Virus record (IMG/VR): IMGVR_UViG_3300021962_000021
Location: 62,001 to 126,000 of that record
Strand: one strand, 5' to 3'
Length of the DNA stretch: 64,000 nucleotides
The position numbers and the translations under genes are program-made. Below, one piece after another: positions 27,768 through 37,894 of the stretch. The notes under the pieces are model-generated. The model searched no databases. It was not told the origin of the DNA and saw only the letters and a list, made by a program, of their open reading frames with translations. The number at the start of each line of letters is the position of its first letter. Position 1 is the stretch's first letter.

Positions 27768-27945
27768 ACAAAGAACTTATCAATGTGAGTGTGGTGTATT
27801 AACAAAAGAGTTCGTTTGGGATAGTGATTTAGATAAAAAGAAAATCAAATGTTCAGAATGTAACAAAATGTTAAGTAATAAACATCTATTCAAAGATGCA
27901 CCAAAGAGTTTGGTAGGAATTAGAACACCGACAAAAAATAGATAA
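27751..27945 (+). CDS. small zinc-ribbon protein
   Basis: YQCECG...CSEC. Confidence 0.65.
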   Translation: MGNTFKQRTYQCECGVLTKEFVWDSDLDKKKIKCSECNKMLSNKHLFKDAPKSLVGIRTPTKNR

Positions 27946-27958
27946 TAAAATATAAGTT

Positions 27959-28210
27959 ATGGATATAAGAGAACAATATAGAGAACGAGCTATTCAATTC
28001 GTTAAAGAGTGGAATGAAAATGTAAGTGAACACATCATTGATATTATGGTTTCTATTATGGCAACCAGAGATAAAAGTTCATACGCAGGTGGTGGATTTG
28101 TTCAAGCGGTTGTTGATAACAATTTGTATTTGGCTTTGAGTAGAGCAGATAGTGATTGCCGTAAAAACATTTTCATATTAACAATGTGTAACGCAAATTG
28201 TCATTTATAA
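27959..28210 (+). CDS. hypothetical protein
   Basis: GGFVQAVVDNNL..A..RAD. Confidence 0.7.
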   Translation: MDIREQYRERAIQFVKEWNENVSEHIIDIMVSIMATRDKSSYAGGGFVQAVVDNNLYLALSRADSDCRKNIFILTMCNANCHL

Positions 28211-28226
28211 AATTAAAACAAAAGTT

Positions 28227-28637
28227 ATGGGATTTTTTAGTTGGAGAACGCAGGATACTGATAAGAGTATTGCTAACAAATGGTCAACAAGAGATACATT
28301 TAGAGTTCAAATGATGGATAATAAAGGTAATGTTTGGACTGAAGATAGTTACGATGGTTATGGTGATTTTGGTGGTAAGGATTACTATGAGTTACTTGCC
28401 GAAATGAATGGATTAACGGCAGACAATCCCGATGAATTAAGAGGTAAGGGAATTGATTTAGCATTTAGTAAAGGTAACGGGTCGGGTGTAGGAACGGAAG
28501 GTGTGTTATATCCTAATCTAGTCGAAATGGCCGATGGTTGGCGATATGAACCTATGGGACCTGATAGTTGTGAAGACCAGGGTTTCTTTTATGATAGTGA
28601 AGTGGATGATGATTTTTTTGATGAAGATGAAAATTAA
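28227..28637 (+). CDS. conserved phage hypothetical protein
   Basis: MGFFSW...YDGYGDFGGKDYY. Confidence 0.75.
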   Translation: MGFFSWRTQDTDKSIANKWSTRDTFRVQMMDNKGNVWTEDSYDGYGDFGGKDYYELLAEMNGLTADNPDELRGKGIDLAFSKGNGSGVGTEGVLYPNLVEMADGWRYEPMGPDSCEDQGFFYDSEVDDDFFDEDEN

Positions 28638-28642
28638 TTGAT

Positions 28643-28990
28643 ATGAATAAACCTATAAACTTTGAAAAAATAGATAGAACTGATTTCGAAATGGAAGGGC
28701 ATTCTTTTTATTTTGATTTTGACAATATGCAAAACTATAAAGATAGAAATTGGATTTGGATATTTTGTAACGGACCTATTTTGGGTGATTATTGTGTTTT
28801 GTTTGAATTAAAATGGGAACACAATTGTTATAGTATGAAAAAATGTGTATTGGGTGCAGGTGATGCTGGTGATTGGATATTTCAAGACAAACATCTTAAT
28901 AAAGATTTTCTAAAAACAAAAGATGAGTTTTCGGATTATATCAAACAAATCATTGAAAAAGAAATTGAATACGGAACTTTTAAAAATTAA
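28643..28990 (+). CDS. hypothetical protein
   Basis: ORF. Confidence 0.65.
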   Translation: MNKPINFEKIDRTDFEMEGHSFYFDFDNMQNYKDRNWIWIFCNGPILGDYCVLFELKWEHNCYSMKKCVLGAGDAGDWIFQDKHLNKDFLKTKDEFSDYIKQIIEKEIEYGTFKN

Positions 28991-28994
28991 TTAT

Positions 28995-29303
28995 ATGGCA
29001 ATTTATGGAGATGGGAAACATAACGAAAATATGGAGCATGTTCCCAAAAAAACTTATCGGTTTTATATTGACCGTAAGATAACGGATTGGGTAAGAGAGT
29101 ATCACGAAGTAGAAGCAGACTCGTTAGAAGATGCAAAGAAAGAAATGATTGAATCTTTCCACGACAATATGTGTGGTGAAACATTTGATTATCAGGAAGG
29201 ATTGAATGTAGAAGAATATATAGAACCGGGTGAAAATGGTGGAGAAGCAACCGCAGAATTGTATTATGAAATAGGTGAATTATTAACAACAAATATAGAT
29301 TAA
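28995..29303 (+). CDS. hypothetical protein
   Basis: ORF, start reassigned. Confidence 0.65.
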   Translation: MAIYGDGKHNENMEHVPKKTYRFYIDRKITDWVREYHEVEADSLEDAKKEMIESFHDNMCGETFDYQEGLNVEEYIEPGENGGEATAELYYEIGELLTTNID

Positions 29304-29305
29304 TT

Positions 29306-29524
29306 ATGGAACAAAACACAATGAAAAGATTAGATGAAAACCGAATTGCAGCTGATGGTTTGATTTGGGATAACCGAGCAGATAAAGCAATTAAAGTAAA
29401 AAACTTAGATAATGGATTTATGGTCCATTCAATTAAATTGGAAGATGTAAGTTATTATCCTATATCAATTGATAAGAGTAATAAAAATAAAAATTACATT
29501 CAAGTAATCGAAAAAGAAAAATAA
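29306..29524 (+). CDS. hypothetical protein
   Basis: ORF. Confidence 0.6.
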   Translation: MEQNTMKRLDENRIAADGLIWDNRADKAIKVKNLDNGFMVHSIKLEDVSYYPISIDKSNKNKNYIQVIEKEK

Positions 29525-29667
29525 TGAAAACATTTACAATAGTTGAACTTATCGAACTATTGGAGAATGAAATTAAAAATGGTGCTTCAATCGTTCAGGT
29601 CGATGGCACCATTCTCATTCCCGATAATGGAAACAAAATTTTAGTAACTACACAAAAGCAAATGTAA
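29524..29667 (+). CDS. hypothetical protein (47 aa)
   Basis: TAATG coupling, fills the gap. Confidence 0.55.
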   Translation: MKTFTIVELIELLENEIKNGASIVQVDGTILIPDNGNKILVTTQKQM

Positions 29668-29668
29668 T

Positions 29669-30028
29669 ATGAAAGCAATCTTAATTGACTCTATCAACAA
29701 AGAGGTAAAAGAAGTTGAAATCGGTAAAGGTATTGATGAAATGTATAAGTTTCTTCAATGCGAATGTTTTACGGTCGCATCTTACTTAGATAAAGAAGAT
29801 GCTATCTTTGTAGATGATGAAGGGTTAATGAATGGAACGGATGTATTCTTTACATTTGAAGGAGCACATCAACCATTCGCAGGTAACGGATTGATTATGG
29901 GTTGTGATGATGAAGGTGAAAGTGACGATTGTAAAATCAGTTTTGCCGAAGTGAAAGATAAAGTAAAATTTTATAGTAGATACGAATTAGCATTGGGTAT
30001 CGCTATGGGAACAATTAAAACATTTTAA
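29669..30028 (+). CDS. DUF3846-like protein
   Basis: IFVDDEGL...FAGNGLIMG. Confidence 0.65.
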   Translation: MKAILIDSINKEVKEVEIGKGIDEMYKFLQCECFTVASYLDKEDAIFVDDEGLMNGTDVFFTFEGAHQPFAGNGLIMGCDDEGESDDCKISFAEVKDKVKFYSRYELALGIAMGTIKTF

Positions 30029-30030
30029 TT

Positions 30031-30621
30031 ATGGGTCAGTATTACAAAATAGTAAATGTAAAGAAAAAGCAGTATATCACCCCACATACATTTGGTGATG
30101 GTGCAAAGTTAATGGAATTTAGTATGTCAGCAAATGGTGTGTTGGCAGGTTTGGCAATTCTACTTGCTGACGGAAATGGTAGAGGTGGTGGTGACCTTAA
30201 TAGTGAAAACGAAATCGTTGGTAGTTGGGCAGGTGATAACATTGTTGTTGCCGGTGATTACGCCGATGACGGTAAATTTGTAAAGGATGCCGACCAAAAT
30301 CTTTATCATGTAGCCGTAAGTGAAGGTGAGGATATATCCATAAAAGTATTGGATGCATTATTTGATGACCAATATTTCTTTTCGGAGTTTAGAAAGAATA
30401 GAGCGGGTTGGATATCGGATAGTCAAGTTGACTCTTTGATTGAAAGAAAATTAAAAGAGAAAGGATTAACCAAAGTGAAAAAACATCAAGTGGTTTCATC
30501 AAAAGACCCAAATGTAAAGTATAATGTAATTGAAGATAATGGAACATGGGAGTGTGATTGTCCTTCGTTCACATATACAGGCGGTAAAGAGTGTAAACAT
30601 ATTAAATCATTAAAGGTATGA
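30031..30621 (+). CDS. phage protein with C-terminal SWIM finger
   Basis: MGQYY...GSWAGD...GDY; CDCP...CKHI. Confidence 0.7.
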   Translation: MGQYYKIVNVKKKQYITPHTFGDGAKLMEFSMSANGVLAGLAILLADGNGRGGGDLNSENEIVGSWAGDNIVVAGDYADDGKFVKDADQNLYHVAVSEGEDISIKVLDALFDDQYFFSEFRKNRAGWISDSQVDSLIERKLKEKGLTKVKKHQVVSSKDPNVKYNVIEDNGTWECDCPSFTYTGGKECKHIKSLKV

Positions 30622-30836
30622 TAAAGTATAAGAAAATGAAAACAGGTCCCGTTGAAATAGATTTGACCGGACCGGATGGTAACGCATTTAATCTAATCGG
30701 AATTGCTGGTAATTTAGCAAAGCAATTGGATTTGGATAAAAAGAAAATCAGAGAGGAAATGATGAGTGGTGATTATGAAAACCTACTCAAAGTATTTGAT
30801 AAACATTTTGGAGAATTTGTAACTTTATATCGTTAG
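30618..30836 (+). CDS. conserved phage hypothetical protein
   Basis: LTGPDGNAF...SGDYENLL. Confidence 0.75.
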   Translation: MIKYKKMKTGPVEIDLTGPDGNAFNLIGIAGNLAKQLDLDKKKIREEMMSGDYENLLKVFDKHFGEFVTLYR

Positions 30837-30838
30837 TT

Positions 30839-31180
30839 ATGTTAAAAATAGAAAACATAGGAAAAATTGTTAATATGTATGCTAACGGTAGATTAATAGT
30901 AGAAGCCGGCGATTATAGTGATACATTACGAAAGCTTGGACATGTATATTATTTTTTCAAAATCGAAAAGCAAGGAAATGGTGTAGATTACAATAAAGAG
31001 CATGATATAGTTTTGACCAAAGAAAAAGGTCCAAATGGAAAATATCGTATGTTCAATATGGGATTACAAAGGGCAACCGAAATAGAAGTCGATATGAAAT
31101 CTTTTAATTTACCAACAGACTTTTGTGTAGCAATTAGAAATGTTTTAATAAAAACACAAACATATTATCAAACATCATAG
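30839..31180 (+). CDS. hypothetical protein, LxIxN family
   Basis: MLKIENIGKI. Confidence 0.65.
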   Translation: MLKIENIGKIVNMYANGRLIVEAGDYSDTLRKLGHVYYFFKIEKQGNGVDYNKEHDIVLTKEKGPNGKYRMFNMGLQRATEIEVDMKSFNLPTDFCVAIRNVLIKTQTYYQTS

Positions 31181-31183
31181 TTT

Positions 31184-31723
31184 ATGAAAAAACAAATATC
31201 AGAAAAATCAATCTTAATGATGTTATACTTATTGGGATTGATAATAATGACATTCTTTTCAGCTTGTAGTAAAGATGTATTTAGTAAAAATATTGAATTG
31301 AATATTGATACTCGATTACCAAAGGATGTAAACGGATATTCAGTATTCAATTTGTATTCAACACAAACACAAAACATACATACAATATCTGGATCTATTA
31401 GAGTGAACGGACGAATACCAAATGAACCTCGTGAGAAAGTTGAATGGGAAAGTTCACATTATTGGACACTGAAAGTTGGTGATACAATCGGAACAATCTA
31501 TCGTAGGACATGGAGAGGATTAGGTTGGCAAATTGTAGATAGTATCAAAGTAGTAAACTTAAAACAATCACAGGTACCAACAATCAATTCGGCAACATAC
31601 AATTCCGCAGATGGTAGTATCAATACAGTCATAGCACCAATGTGGAATATGAGAGGTGATACAATGACAATAGTTGCTCGTTCAAATGGTGTAGTGAAAG
31701 TAGAAAAAATTATTTTGAAATAA
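31184..31723 (+). CDS. putative lipoprotein
   Basis: Signal peptide with FSAC lipobox. Confidence 0.7.
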   Translation: MKKQISEKSILMMLYLLGLIIMTFFSACSKDVFSKNIELNIDTRLPKDVNGYSVFNLYSTQTQNIHTISGSIRVNGRIPNEPREKVEWESSHYWTLKVGDTIGTIYRRTWRGLGWQIVDSIKVVNLKQSQVPTINSATYNSADGSINTVIAPMWNMRGDTMTIVARSNGVVKVEKIILK

Positions 31724-31744
31724 GGAATATTTTGTGTATATTTG
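31714..31744 (+). promoter_or_regulatory. Bacteroidetes-type promoter
   Basis: TTTG-N19-TATATTTG. Confidence 0.55.
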
Positions 31745-31759
31745 ACAAAACGAATAGTT

Positions 31760-32023
31760 ATGAGTAAAACAAAAGAATGGTATATGCAACAACAAAATAA
31801 CTTACCAAATGATATTCAACATGATGAAGATTACATCTATGAACAATATCTGAAAGAAGAAAAATTAAATGAGGAATATTGGAATGGAGTCAATAGTGGC
31901 TCAATCTTTCCTGATGGAATGGAATATGATGATGAATATTACAAATCAGCATATTTACCAACACCACAAGAGGAAGATGAAAACTTTAAACAAACACTAA
32001 GAGAAAATGGATATACTTCCTGA
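31760..32023 (+). CDS. acidic hypothetical protein
   Basis: ORF. Confidence 0.65.
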   Translation: MSKTKEWYMQQQNNLPNDIQHDEDYIYEQYLKEEKLNEEYWNGVNSGSIFPDGMEYDDEYYKSAYLPTPQEEDENFKQTLRENGYTS

Positions 32024-32333
32024 AATAATAACACTATCAAATGAGATGATTGATTTGTTAGATGAAGCTCAGTTCTTTGAAGGTAATCCCTTTATTGAAC
32101 GATTACCACTTAAAAGAAAATTGCAAATTGCAATGCAAAGAAAGTGGGAACAAGAATTTGAAATGCATTTGACCGATTTAGAAGTTGAAAAAATAATGCA
32201 AGAAACTCTATCGGATTCGGTTGGTGATACAATTGAAAGTTTAGTGCAAAAAGGTGCATTGAATATGAGTATAGGGTCGGATGGTGAGATAGTTTATTCG
32301 GCAAATAAAGATTTTAACTTTGATGATTTATGA
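32007..32333 (+). CDS. hypothetical protein
   Basis: ORF. Confidence 0.65.
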   Translation: MDILPEIITLSNEMIDLLDEAQFFEGNPFIERLPLKRKLQIAMQRKWEQEFEMHLTDLEVEKIMQETLSDSVGDTIESLVQKGALNMSIGSDGEIVYSANKDFNFDDL

Positions 32334-33529
32334 TAGATAATAAGGAAAACAATTTTGAAAAAGAAATACTTAATAAGTATGCCTGCAATTCTCCATTTAA
32401 ATATATAGATGTTCAACCGCTTGGTAATTTCGTTTGTTGTCCTTTTTGGAATAAAACTAATTTAAGAGTTAATAAAGAAGGTGAACCAAATCCTTGGTTT
32501 GCAGTTGATGAAGATGAAGATTTATTAAGAAATTGGACTTCACCACAAGCCAAAAAAGTTAGAAGGGATATTTTAGATGGTTCATATGAGTCTTGTGATA
32601 AAGTTGTTTGTCCGTGTTTATCTCAAATATTAAGTAAGAGTCAAATTGAAGGTAAAGAGGTTATTCCATATAACTTTCAATTGAAAGAAGAACTGATGAA
32701 AGAATTAAATATCAGCTCGATAGAAGATATTGAAAACTTTGATATTACACCTGAGGAAATACTTTTTGGATTTGATAGAAGTTGTAATTACAAATGCCCA
32801 TCTTGCAGAACACATTTAATACCAAATGATGATGTTGATTCGATAGAATATAAAAGAAAAAAAATCATTATTGATAAAATAGATGAACAATATTCTTGGA
32901 ATTTAAGAAAAATTATAATAACAGGTTCTGGTGACCCGTTTTATTCAAAAATATTTAGAGAATATTTACAAAATTTTGACCCTAAAAAATATCCAAAGTT
33001 AAGAGAAATACAATTGGTTACGAATGGCTCTTTATTAAATAAGCAGATGTGGGATACCATGCCAAATATACATCAATATGTTAAGTGTATCGAAATAAGT
33101 ATAGATGCTGCAACTAAATTAACATATGAAACCAAAGTTAGATTGGGTGGAGTTTGGGAAACGCTTATACAAAATTTACTATTTCTTTCAAAATTAGAAA
33201 GTGTAGAAAGAGTTGTATTTTCTATGACTGTTAGTAAAAATAACTACAAAGAAATGTATATGTTTTGGGAGTTATTAAAACCTTTGTTCGAACATAAAAA
33301 AGTATTGGTTATAAATTATAGAAGATTGGTGCAGTGGGGAACATTTACACCCGAAGAATTAAAAGATTTATGTGTATTTGAAAAAGACCATCCATTGTTT
33401 TCCGATTTTATGAAAGAGTTAAAAAGAATACATCAACTACCACATGTTGATAATAATTTTAATGATTTGATTATTGAGGATGAAAAAGAAAAAACAAAAC
33501 CATTTAAAATACAAAAAAGTTTAATTTAA
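32330..33529 (+). CDS. radical SAM protein with N-terminal SPASM/twitch-like Cys cluster
   Basis: CNYKCPSC (CxxxCxxC), TGSGDPF, TNG, SIDA; N-terminal C..PF...CC...C..CP; ends QKSLI. Confidence 0.88.
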   Translation: MIDNKENNFEKEILNKYACNSPFKYIDVQPLGNFVCCPFWNKTNLRVNKEGEPNPWFAVDEDEDLLRNWTSPQAKKVRRDILDGSYESCDKVVCPCLSQILSKSQIEGKEVIPYNFQLKEELMKELNISSIEDIENFDITPEEILFGFDRSCNYKCPSCRTHLIPNDDVDSIEYKRKKIIIDKIDEQYSWNLRKIIITGSGDPFYSKIFREYLQNFDPKKYPKLREIQLVTNGSLLNKQMWDTMPNIHQYVKCIEISIDAATKLTYETKVRLGGVWETLIQNLLFLSKLESVERVVFSMTVSKNNYKEMYMFWELLKPLFEHKKVLVINYRRLVQWGTFTPEELKDLCVFEKDHPLFSDFMKELKRIHQLPHVDNNFNDLIIEDEKEKTKPFKIQKSLI

Positions 33530-33530
33530 A

Positions 33531-34937
33531 ATGAAAGTATTATTTGGATATGATATTATGACTTACAATGGTGAAATGCCAAATTGTCTGCATCCAAAAT
33601 TTTTGAATACAATATATCAAGCTTCCGATTTTAATTATGCATTCTCAGGAGAGCATTTTCAAAATAGATGGAATATCGGTTGGCATTTATATAATTCCAA
33701 TTTTTGGAATAACTATGTTGATAAAAAATCAGTATATGAAATTATAAATAATCACAAAAACACAAAATGGTTTTATCCGGTAGAACCGTTTGGAAGTATT
33801 GAAAGTTTTTTTGGAAACCATCCTACCTTTAATGAATTATGTTTAAAACAAATTTCATCAGTAGCATTGAATGAAATCAAAAGTGGTAATGGTAATTTAT
33901 TAATTAACTATATCATTGATGGTGGATTAGGAATTACAAAATCGAATTTCAAAAAGTTAGTTGATTTTACAAGAGAAAACGAAATACCCGATGAAAAGGT
34001 TTACCTGATATTTCAGGATTTTAAACTACAATCAAATCTTAAAAAGATGGGTGTTAATTACAATGTATTTGATTTTAATTTAGCACAACTATCTAAATCA
34101 CAGGAGTTTAATAACATAATTAATAATCCTGATTTTAAATTTTGGGGTGATAATTCATTTGAACCACAATTTGGACAAACCGAACATACTGCAAATAGTG
34201 TTTTAACATTTGAAGAATTTGAAAATAGTATAGGAAATCAAAAAAAGGATTTTTTATTTTTATGTAGACATTGGAAGTTGCATAGATTACTTATACTTTC
34301 AAAATTACATAAACTTGGAAAACTATTTTACAATAATACATCTTGGGATAAAAAGTTTTATCACGAAGATGTAATTACTGAATTTTTAAAACATGATGAA
34401 AATTTAGAATTGGCAGAAATAGTTAAAACGGTTTCTAAAAATTTAGATGTATCGGATTTGACTAAAATAGCAGGATATGGTTTTGAAAATAAATCAATAT
34501 ATTTAAATTCTTATATCAGTTTAGTTTCGGAATCTATATTTTTTCAAGTTAGAGATGATGAAGATGTATATGTAGAATTTCCAACAGGATATCTAAGTGA
34601 AAAGATTTGGAAACCAATAGGACACGCACAACCATTCATATTAGCCGGTCCTGCTAAATCTTTACAATACTTACAAAGTTTAGGATATAAAACCTTTCAT
34701 CCATACATTGATGAAAGTTATGATATAGAAACCGATGATTTTAAAAGATTGGAAATGATTTTTGAACAAATAGAAAAGTTTACTAAAAAATCAAAAGAAG
34801 AAAAGGATGAATTTTTACTTAATGTAAAAGATATTGTTAAACACAATCAGCAATTATTTTTAGATTATTCCAAAGAAGCATATAAAGATGATTGTAAAAA
34901 TATAATAAATTCATTAGCAAAACAAACTTTAATATAA
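33531..34937 (+). CDS. glycosyltransferase-like protein (GT10-like C-terminal motif)
   Basis: LVSES...LSEKIWKPI...QPFI...GYKTF...DESYD; ends KQTLI. Confidence 0.55.
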   Translation: MKVLFGYDIMTYNGEMPNCLHPKFLNTIYQASDFNYAFSGEHFQNRWNIGWHLYNSNFWNNYVDKKSVYEIINNHKNTKWFYPVEPFGSIESFFGNHPTFNELCLKQISSVALNEIKSGNGNLLINYIIDGGLGITKSNFKKLVDFTRENEIPDEKVYLIFQDFKLQSNLKKMGVNYNVFDFNLAQLSKSQEFNNIINNPDFKFWGDNSFEPQFGQTEHTANSVLTFEEFENSIGNQKKDFLFLCRHWKLHRLLILSKLHKLGKLFYNNTSWDKKFYHEDVITEFLKHDENLELAEIVKTVSKNLDVSDLTKIAGYGFENKSIYLNSYISLVSESIFFQVRDDEDVYVEFPTGYLSEKIWKPIGHAQPFILAGPAKSLQYLQSLGYKTFHPYIDESYDIETDDFKRLEMIFEQIEKFTKKSKEEKDEFLLNVKDIVKHNQQLFLDYSKEAYKDDCKNIINSLAKQTLI

Positions 34938-35185
34938 TGGAGTTTAATAAAACGGATGAAGAATTAAAACAAATGACAGATGATGAATTGTTTGAATACT
35001 TGGATGCAAAAGCATTACACTTAAAACAACACACATCGCCACTAAGTAGTTATCACACCAAAAGATTTGCAAGTATAAGTTCTGCAATATCTAATACGGA
35101 ATTTGATTATGATAGTGTAAAAAAGATTGCAAAAGAAAACGAGCAATTAGGATTTGAAAAATTTATAAATGATAAAAACAAATAG
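34937..35185 (+). CDS. hypothetical protein
   Basis: ORF. Confidence 0.65.
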   Translation: MEFNKTDEELKQMTDDELFEYLDAKALHLKQHTSPLSSYHTKRFASISSAISNTEFDYDSVKKIAKENEQLGFEKFINDKNK

Positions 35186-35187
35186 TT

Positions 35188-35679
35188 ATGAACTACGAAA
35201 ATTTTAAAACAGGTTTTAATAAACCAACTATCATTACGGCACAACAATATGGCACAAAGGTATCAGTCGAATTAGACCATAGTGATACATCTTTGGATGA
35301 ATTAATGGATGCATTTGAAACATTGGTAATTGGGTTAGGTTATCATAACGATGCTTGGAAGGAGTGGATATTGGATAGAGCAAACGAATACCAAGAAGAG
35401 GAAAATGAAAAATGGGATGAAGATGGTGGTTTTGGAGTTAAACCATACACAATAGATGATTTCAAAAGAGATGAAGAAGAAGCAGTTAGAAGTTTTATTA
35501 AAAGTAAAATGGATGCAGAAATATTTTCAGATGCATTGGAAAATCCACCCGCACCAAATGAGGAATTAAAAAAAGCAGCTGACCAATATAATAAAACAAT
35601 GAAAGCTGCACCTAAAAAAAGAAAGAAGAAAACGGTGGAAGATTGGGAAAACGAAATTGATTTGGGAGGTCACGAATAA
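35188..35679 (+). CDS. hypothetical protein
   Basis: ORF. Confidence 0.7.
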   Translation: MNYENFKTGFNKPTIITAQQYGTKVSVELDHSDTSLDELMDAFETLVIGLGYHNDAWKEWILDRANEYQEEENEKWDEDGGFGVKPYTIDDFKRDEEEAVRSFIKSKMDAEIFSDALENPPAPNEELKKAADQYNKTMKAAPKKRKKKTVEDWENEIDLGGHE

Positions 35680-35680
35680 T

Positions 35681-35896
35681 ATGGGATTTAATAACTGCTA
35701 CCTACCGGAATATGATGAACTGATTAAATATTACAATTCAGTAACATTAGAAGTATTTGTCAAACGATTTAGAAAATATGATTGTTGGACGGGTAGTAGT
35801 GAATCTATGAATTTTTTAGAAAACAAAGTAAAAGAATATTATGAGTTACAACAAATACAGGTGGTGGACAAAGGGGAGAACAAACAAACCACTTAA
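35681..35896 (+). CDS. hypothetical protein
   Basis: ORF. Confidence 0.55.
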   Translation: MGFNNCYLPEYDELIKYYNSVTLEVFVKRFRKYDCWTGSSESMNFLENKVKEYYELQQIQVVDKGENKQTT

Positions 35897-36332
35897 AGCA
35901 GATGCACCTTTGTTATTAAAGATACGCAATGGTGATTTCGATTATTCATATATGTTTGGTGAAGCATTAGAGATGCGACAATCGGCTCAAACGGTTTATG
36001 AACAAACTTATACTAACTACGGCGGAACTGATGAAAAGAATAGAAAGGAAGCAGCATTGGAGGCTAGTAGGATGAAAAGAGTGAAAGCTCTCAAACTGGA
36101 ATTAGAAGCAGATAAAGATGAAAATCAAATTCTATGGAAACTTCGTAAAGAGTTAGAAAAAGAATTTGGTAAAGACCTTTGGGATAAAGCAATGGAAAGA
36201 CAAAGAGGTAAAGGAACGCTTGAGGATTTGTATGAGTGGTATCGTAAAAATTCTAAAGTGAAAAACCCACAATCAATTCAAGATATTCAATTAAAAAGAG
36301 CAAATACTAAAGGATTGGAATACTTATTCTAA
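35841..36332 (+). CDS. hypothetical protein
   Basis: ORF. Confidence 0.7.
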   Translation: MSYNKYRWWTKGRTNKPLKADAPLLLKIRNGDFDYSYMFGEALEMRQSAQTVYEQTYTNYGGTDEKNRKEAALEASRMKRVKALKLELEADKDENQILWKLRKELEKEFGKDLWDKAMERQRGKGTLEDLYEWYRKNSKVKNPQSIQDIQLKRANTKGLEYLF

Positions 36333-36374
36333 AGGTTACTGATTGTTCACTAAATAAACAACACATGGACGACG

Positions 36375-36614
36375 GTGATAAACAGAATAAAAGAAAAATA
36401 CTCGGAAAAAAGCCAGAGGTTAATGCTATACAAAGACATGAGTTTGTTCCTAGCACTATTTTTCAATCCCTTTGGATTCGATGCCGTTCAATATTCCCTA
36501 ATATTACTAACGGGAAGTTTATGGAGAGCGAACTTCGTTATGTATTGTATTGCGGTATCTTTTTTTGGATGCTACATTTACTTTGGCAAACGATTAAATA
36601 AAAAGAATGATTAA
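36375..36614 (+). CDS. small membrane protein
   Basis: LALFFNPFGFD plus TM segments. Confidence 0.6.
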   Translation: MINRIKEKYSEKSQRLMLYKDMSLFLALFFNPFGFDAVQYSLILLTGSLWRANFVMYCIAVSFFGCYIYFGKRLNKKND

Positions 36615-37401
36615 TTTAGAAAATGTTACATTAGTTTCAATAGATTCGGTTAAAGATAATCCAAATAAATCCAATATTAGATTGGCGGCGGTTAGTAGAT
36701 TGGTTCCTGAAATTTGTAAACACATTAATTTCGGTGATGTTTTAATGGTCAATCCTTTTAATAAAAATAAAGAATTAATCGAACAGAAGTTTGAAACACT
36801 TTGGCCATTCGATTGGGAAAATTCTGGCGGAATAGCTTGGTATAACAACTTTCTAATAAAACAATTACCACATTTAATAAAAACGGATTGGTATTTAATA
36901 ATTCAATGGGATGGGTTTCCTAGATTTCATAATTTTTATTTTGATAATGAATTTTTTAATTATCCGTATTTGGGTGGAGGTCATTCTTTGATAAATGGTG
37001 GATTTAGTTTACGCAATACGAAAGTAATGCAAGATATATCCAAAATAAATGAAACTTATAATAAAGGTTCGGAAGATGCATTTTATTCTACCTTTTTTGA
37101 TAACGAATTTACACAGGAATATGCAACACCTTTTAAGTTTAAATGGCCTGAAGAAAATGTTTTGAATAAATTTTGTTTTTTTGAAGATACAAAATATTAT
37201 GAAACTACATTTGGTTGGCATAGAAGTTATTGCCTTTCAAAGAAAAAAATATTTGAAATGTTTAAAGAAACCGGCATATTTAATAGTAACGAATTAGATT
37301 TGTTAGTTGATTATTCTTTGTTAAAAGAAATAAATGGAGTTCATTTTGATTTGAAAAATTATCAATTAGAATATAATCAAGAATTTTTTGATAAATATTA
37401 A
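36607..37401 (+). CDS. DUF5672-like glycosyltransferase-related protein
   Basis: LIIQWDGF, YPYLGG, NGGFSLRN, SEDAFY, FGWH. Confidence 0.7.
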   Translation: MINLENVTLVSIDSVKDNPNKSNIRLAAVSRLVPEICKHINFGDVLMVNPFNKNKELIEQKFETLWPFDWENSGGIAWYNNFLIKQLPHLIKTDWYLIIQWDGFPRFHNFYFDNEFFNYPYLGGGHSLINGGFSLRNTKVMQDISKINETYNKGSEDAFYSTFFDNEFTQEYATPFKFKWPEENVLNKFCFFEDTKYYETTFGWHRSYCLSKKKIFEMFKETGIFNSNELDLLVDYSLLKEINGVHFDLKNYQLEYNQEFFDKY

Positions 37402-37403
37402 TA

Positions 37404-37763
37404 ATGGAGCCTGTAATATTACATATTGATTTAGGTAGTTATCCAATATCAAATTGGTTAAGAAATAATAAGTATGTTATTTTTTCAGAGCTGTTACGAT
37501 TTTCAAAAATATTAATCGAACAAAATTTAGATACGATACAAGCAATAATGATATCAAATTATCAGGACAATATAGTATTCATATTAAAAAAAGAAAATTT
37601 AGAAAATGTTTTAGAAAAAGCATTCAATTTTTTTATGGGTATTGAGGAATACGAAAAATGTGCTGAAATTCGTGATTTGAATATACTTATTGAAAACTTA
37701 AAAAATGAGTCAAAAGATATTAAAAATAGTAAATCAAATAAAAGACAATCTAAAATCAATTGA
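37404..37763 (+). CDS. hypothetical protein with UVR-like C-terminus
   Basis: EEYEKCAEIRD. Confidence 0.65.
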   Translation: MEPVILHIDLGSYPISNWLRNNKYVIFSELLRFSKILIEQNLDTIQAIMISNYQDNIVFILKKENLENVLEKAFNFFMGIEEYEKCAEIRDLNILIENLKNESKDIKNSKSNKRQSKIN

Positions 37764-37884
37764 TGATGATGGTGTTTATCACCCACTCCACGATGATATT
37801 TATGACCAACTAGCTTTAATCGAAGATGAAATATACAGCGATGAAGATTTAGAAGGATTTGATTTTACGGATGAAGATTATTAA
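37705..37884 (+). CDS. small acidic protein (59 aa)
   Basis: MSQKILKIVNQIKDNL...; not in ORF track. Confidence 0.5.
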   Translation: MSQKILKIVNQIKDNLKSIDDDGVYHPLHDDIYDQLALIEDEIYSDEDLEGFDFTDEDY

Positions 37885-37894
37885 ATAAATTTAT

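Noticed and set aside
36365-36601. Alternative-frame ORF
   Set aside because: Overlapping frame 36375..36614 gives a coherent membrane protein
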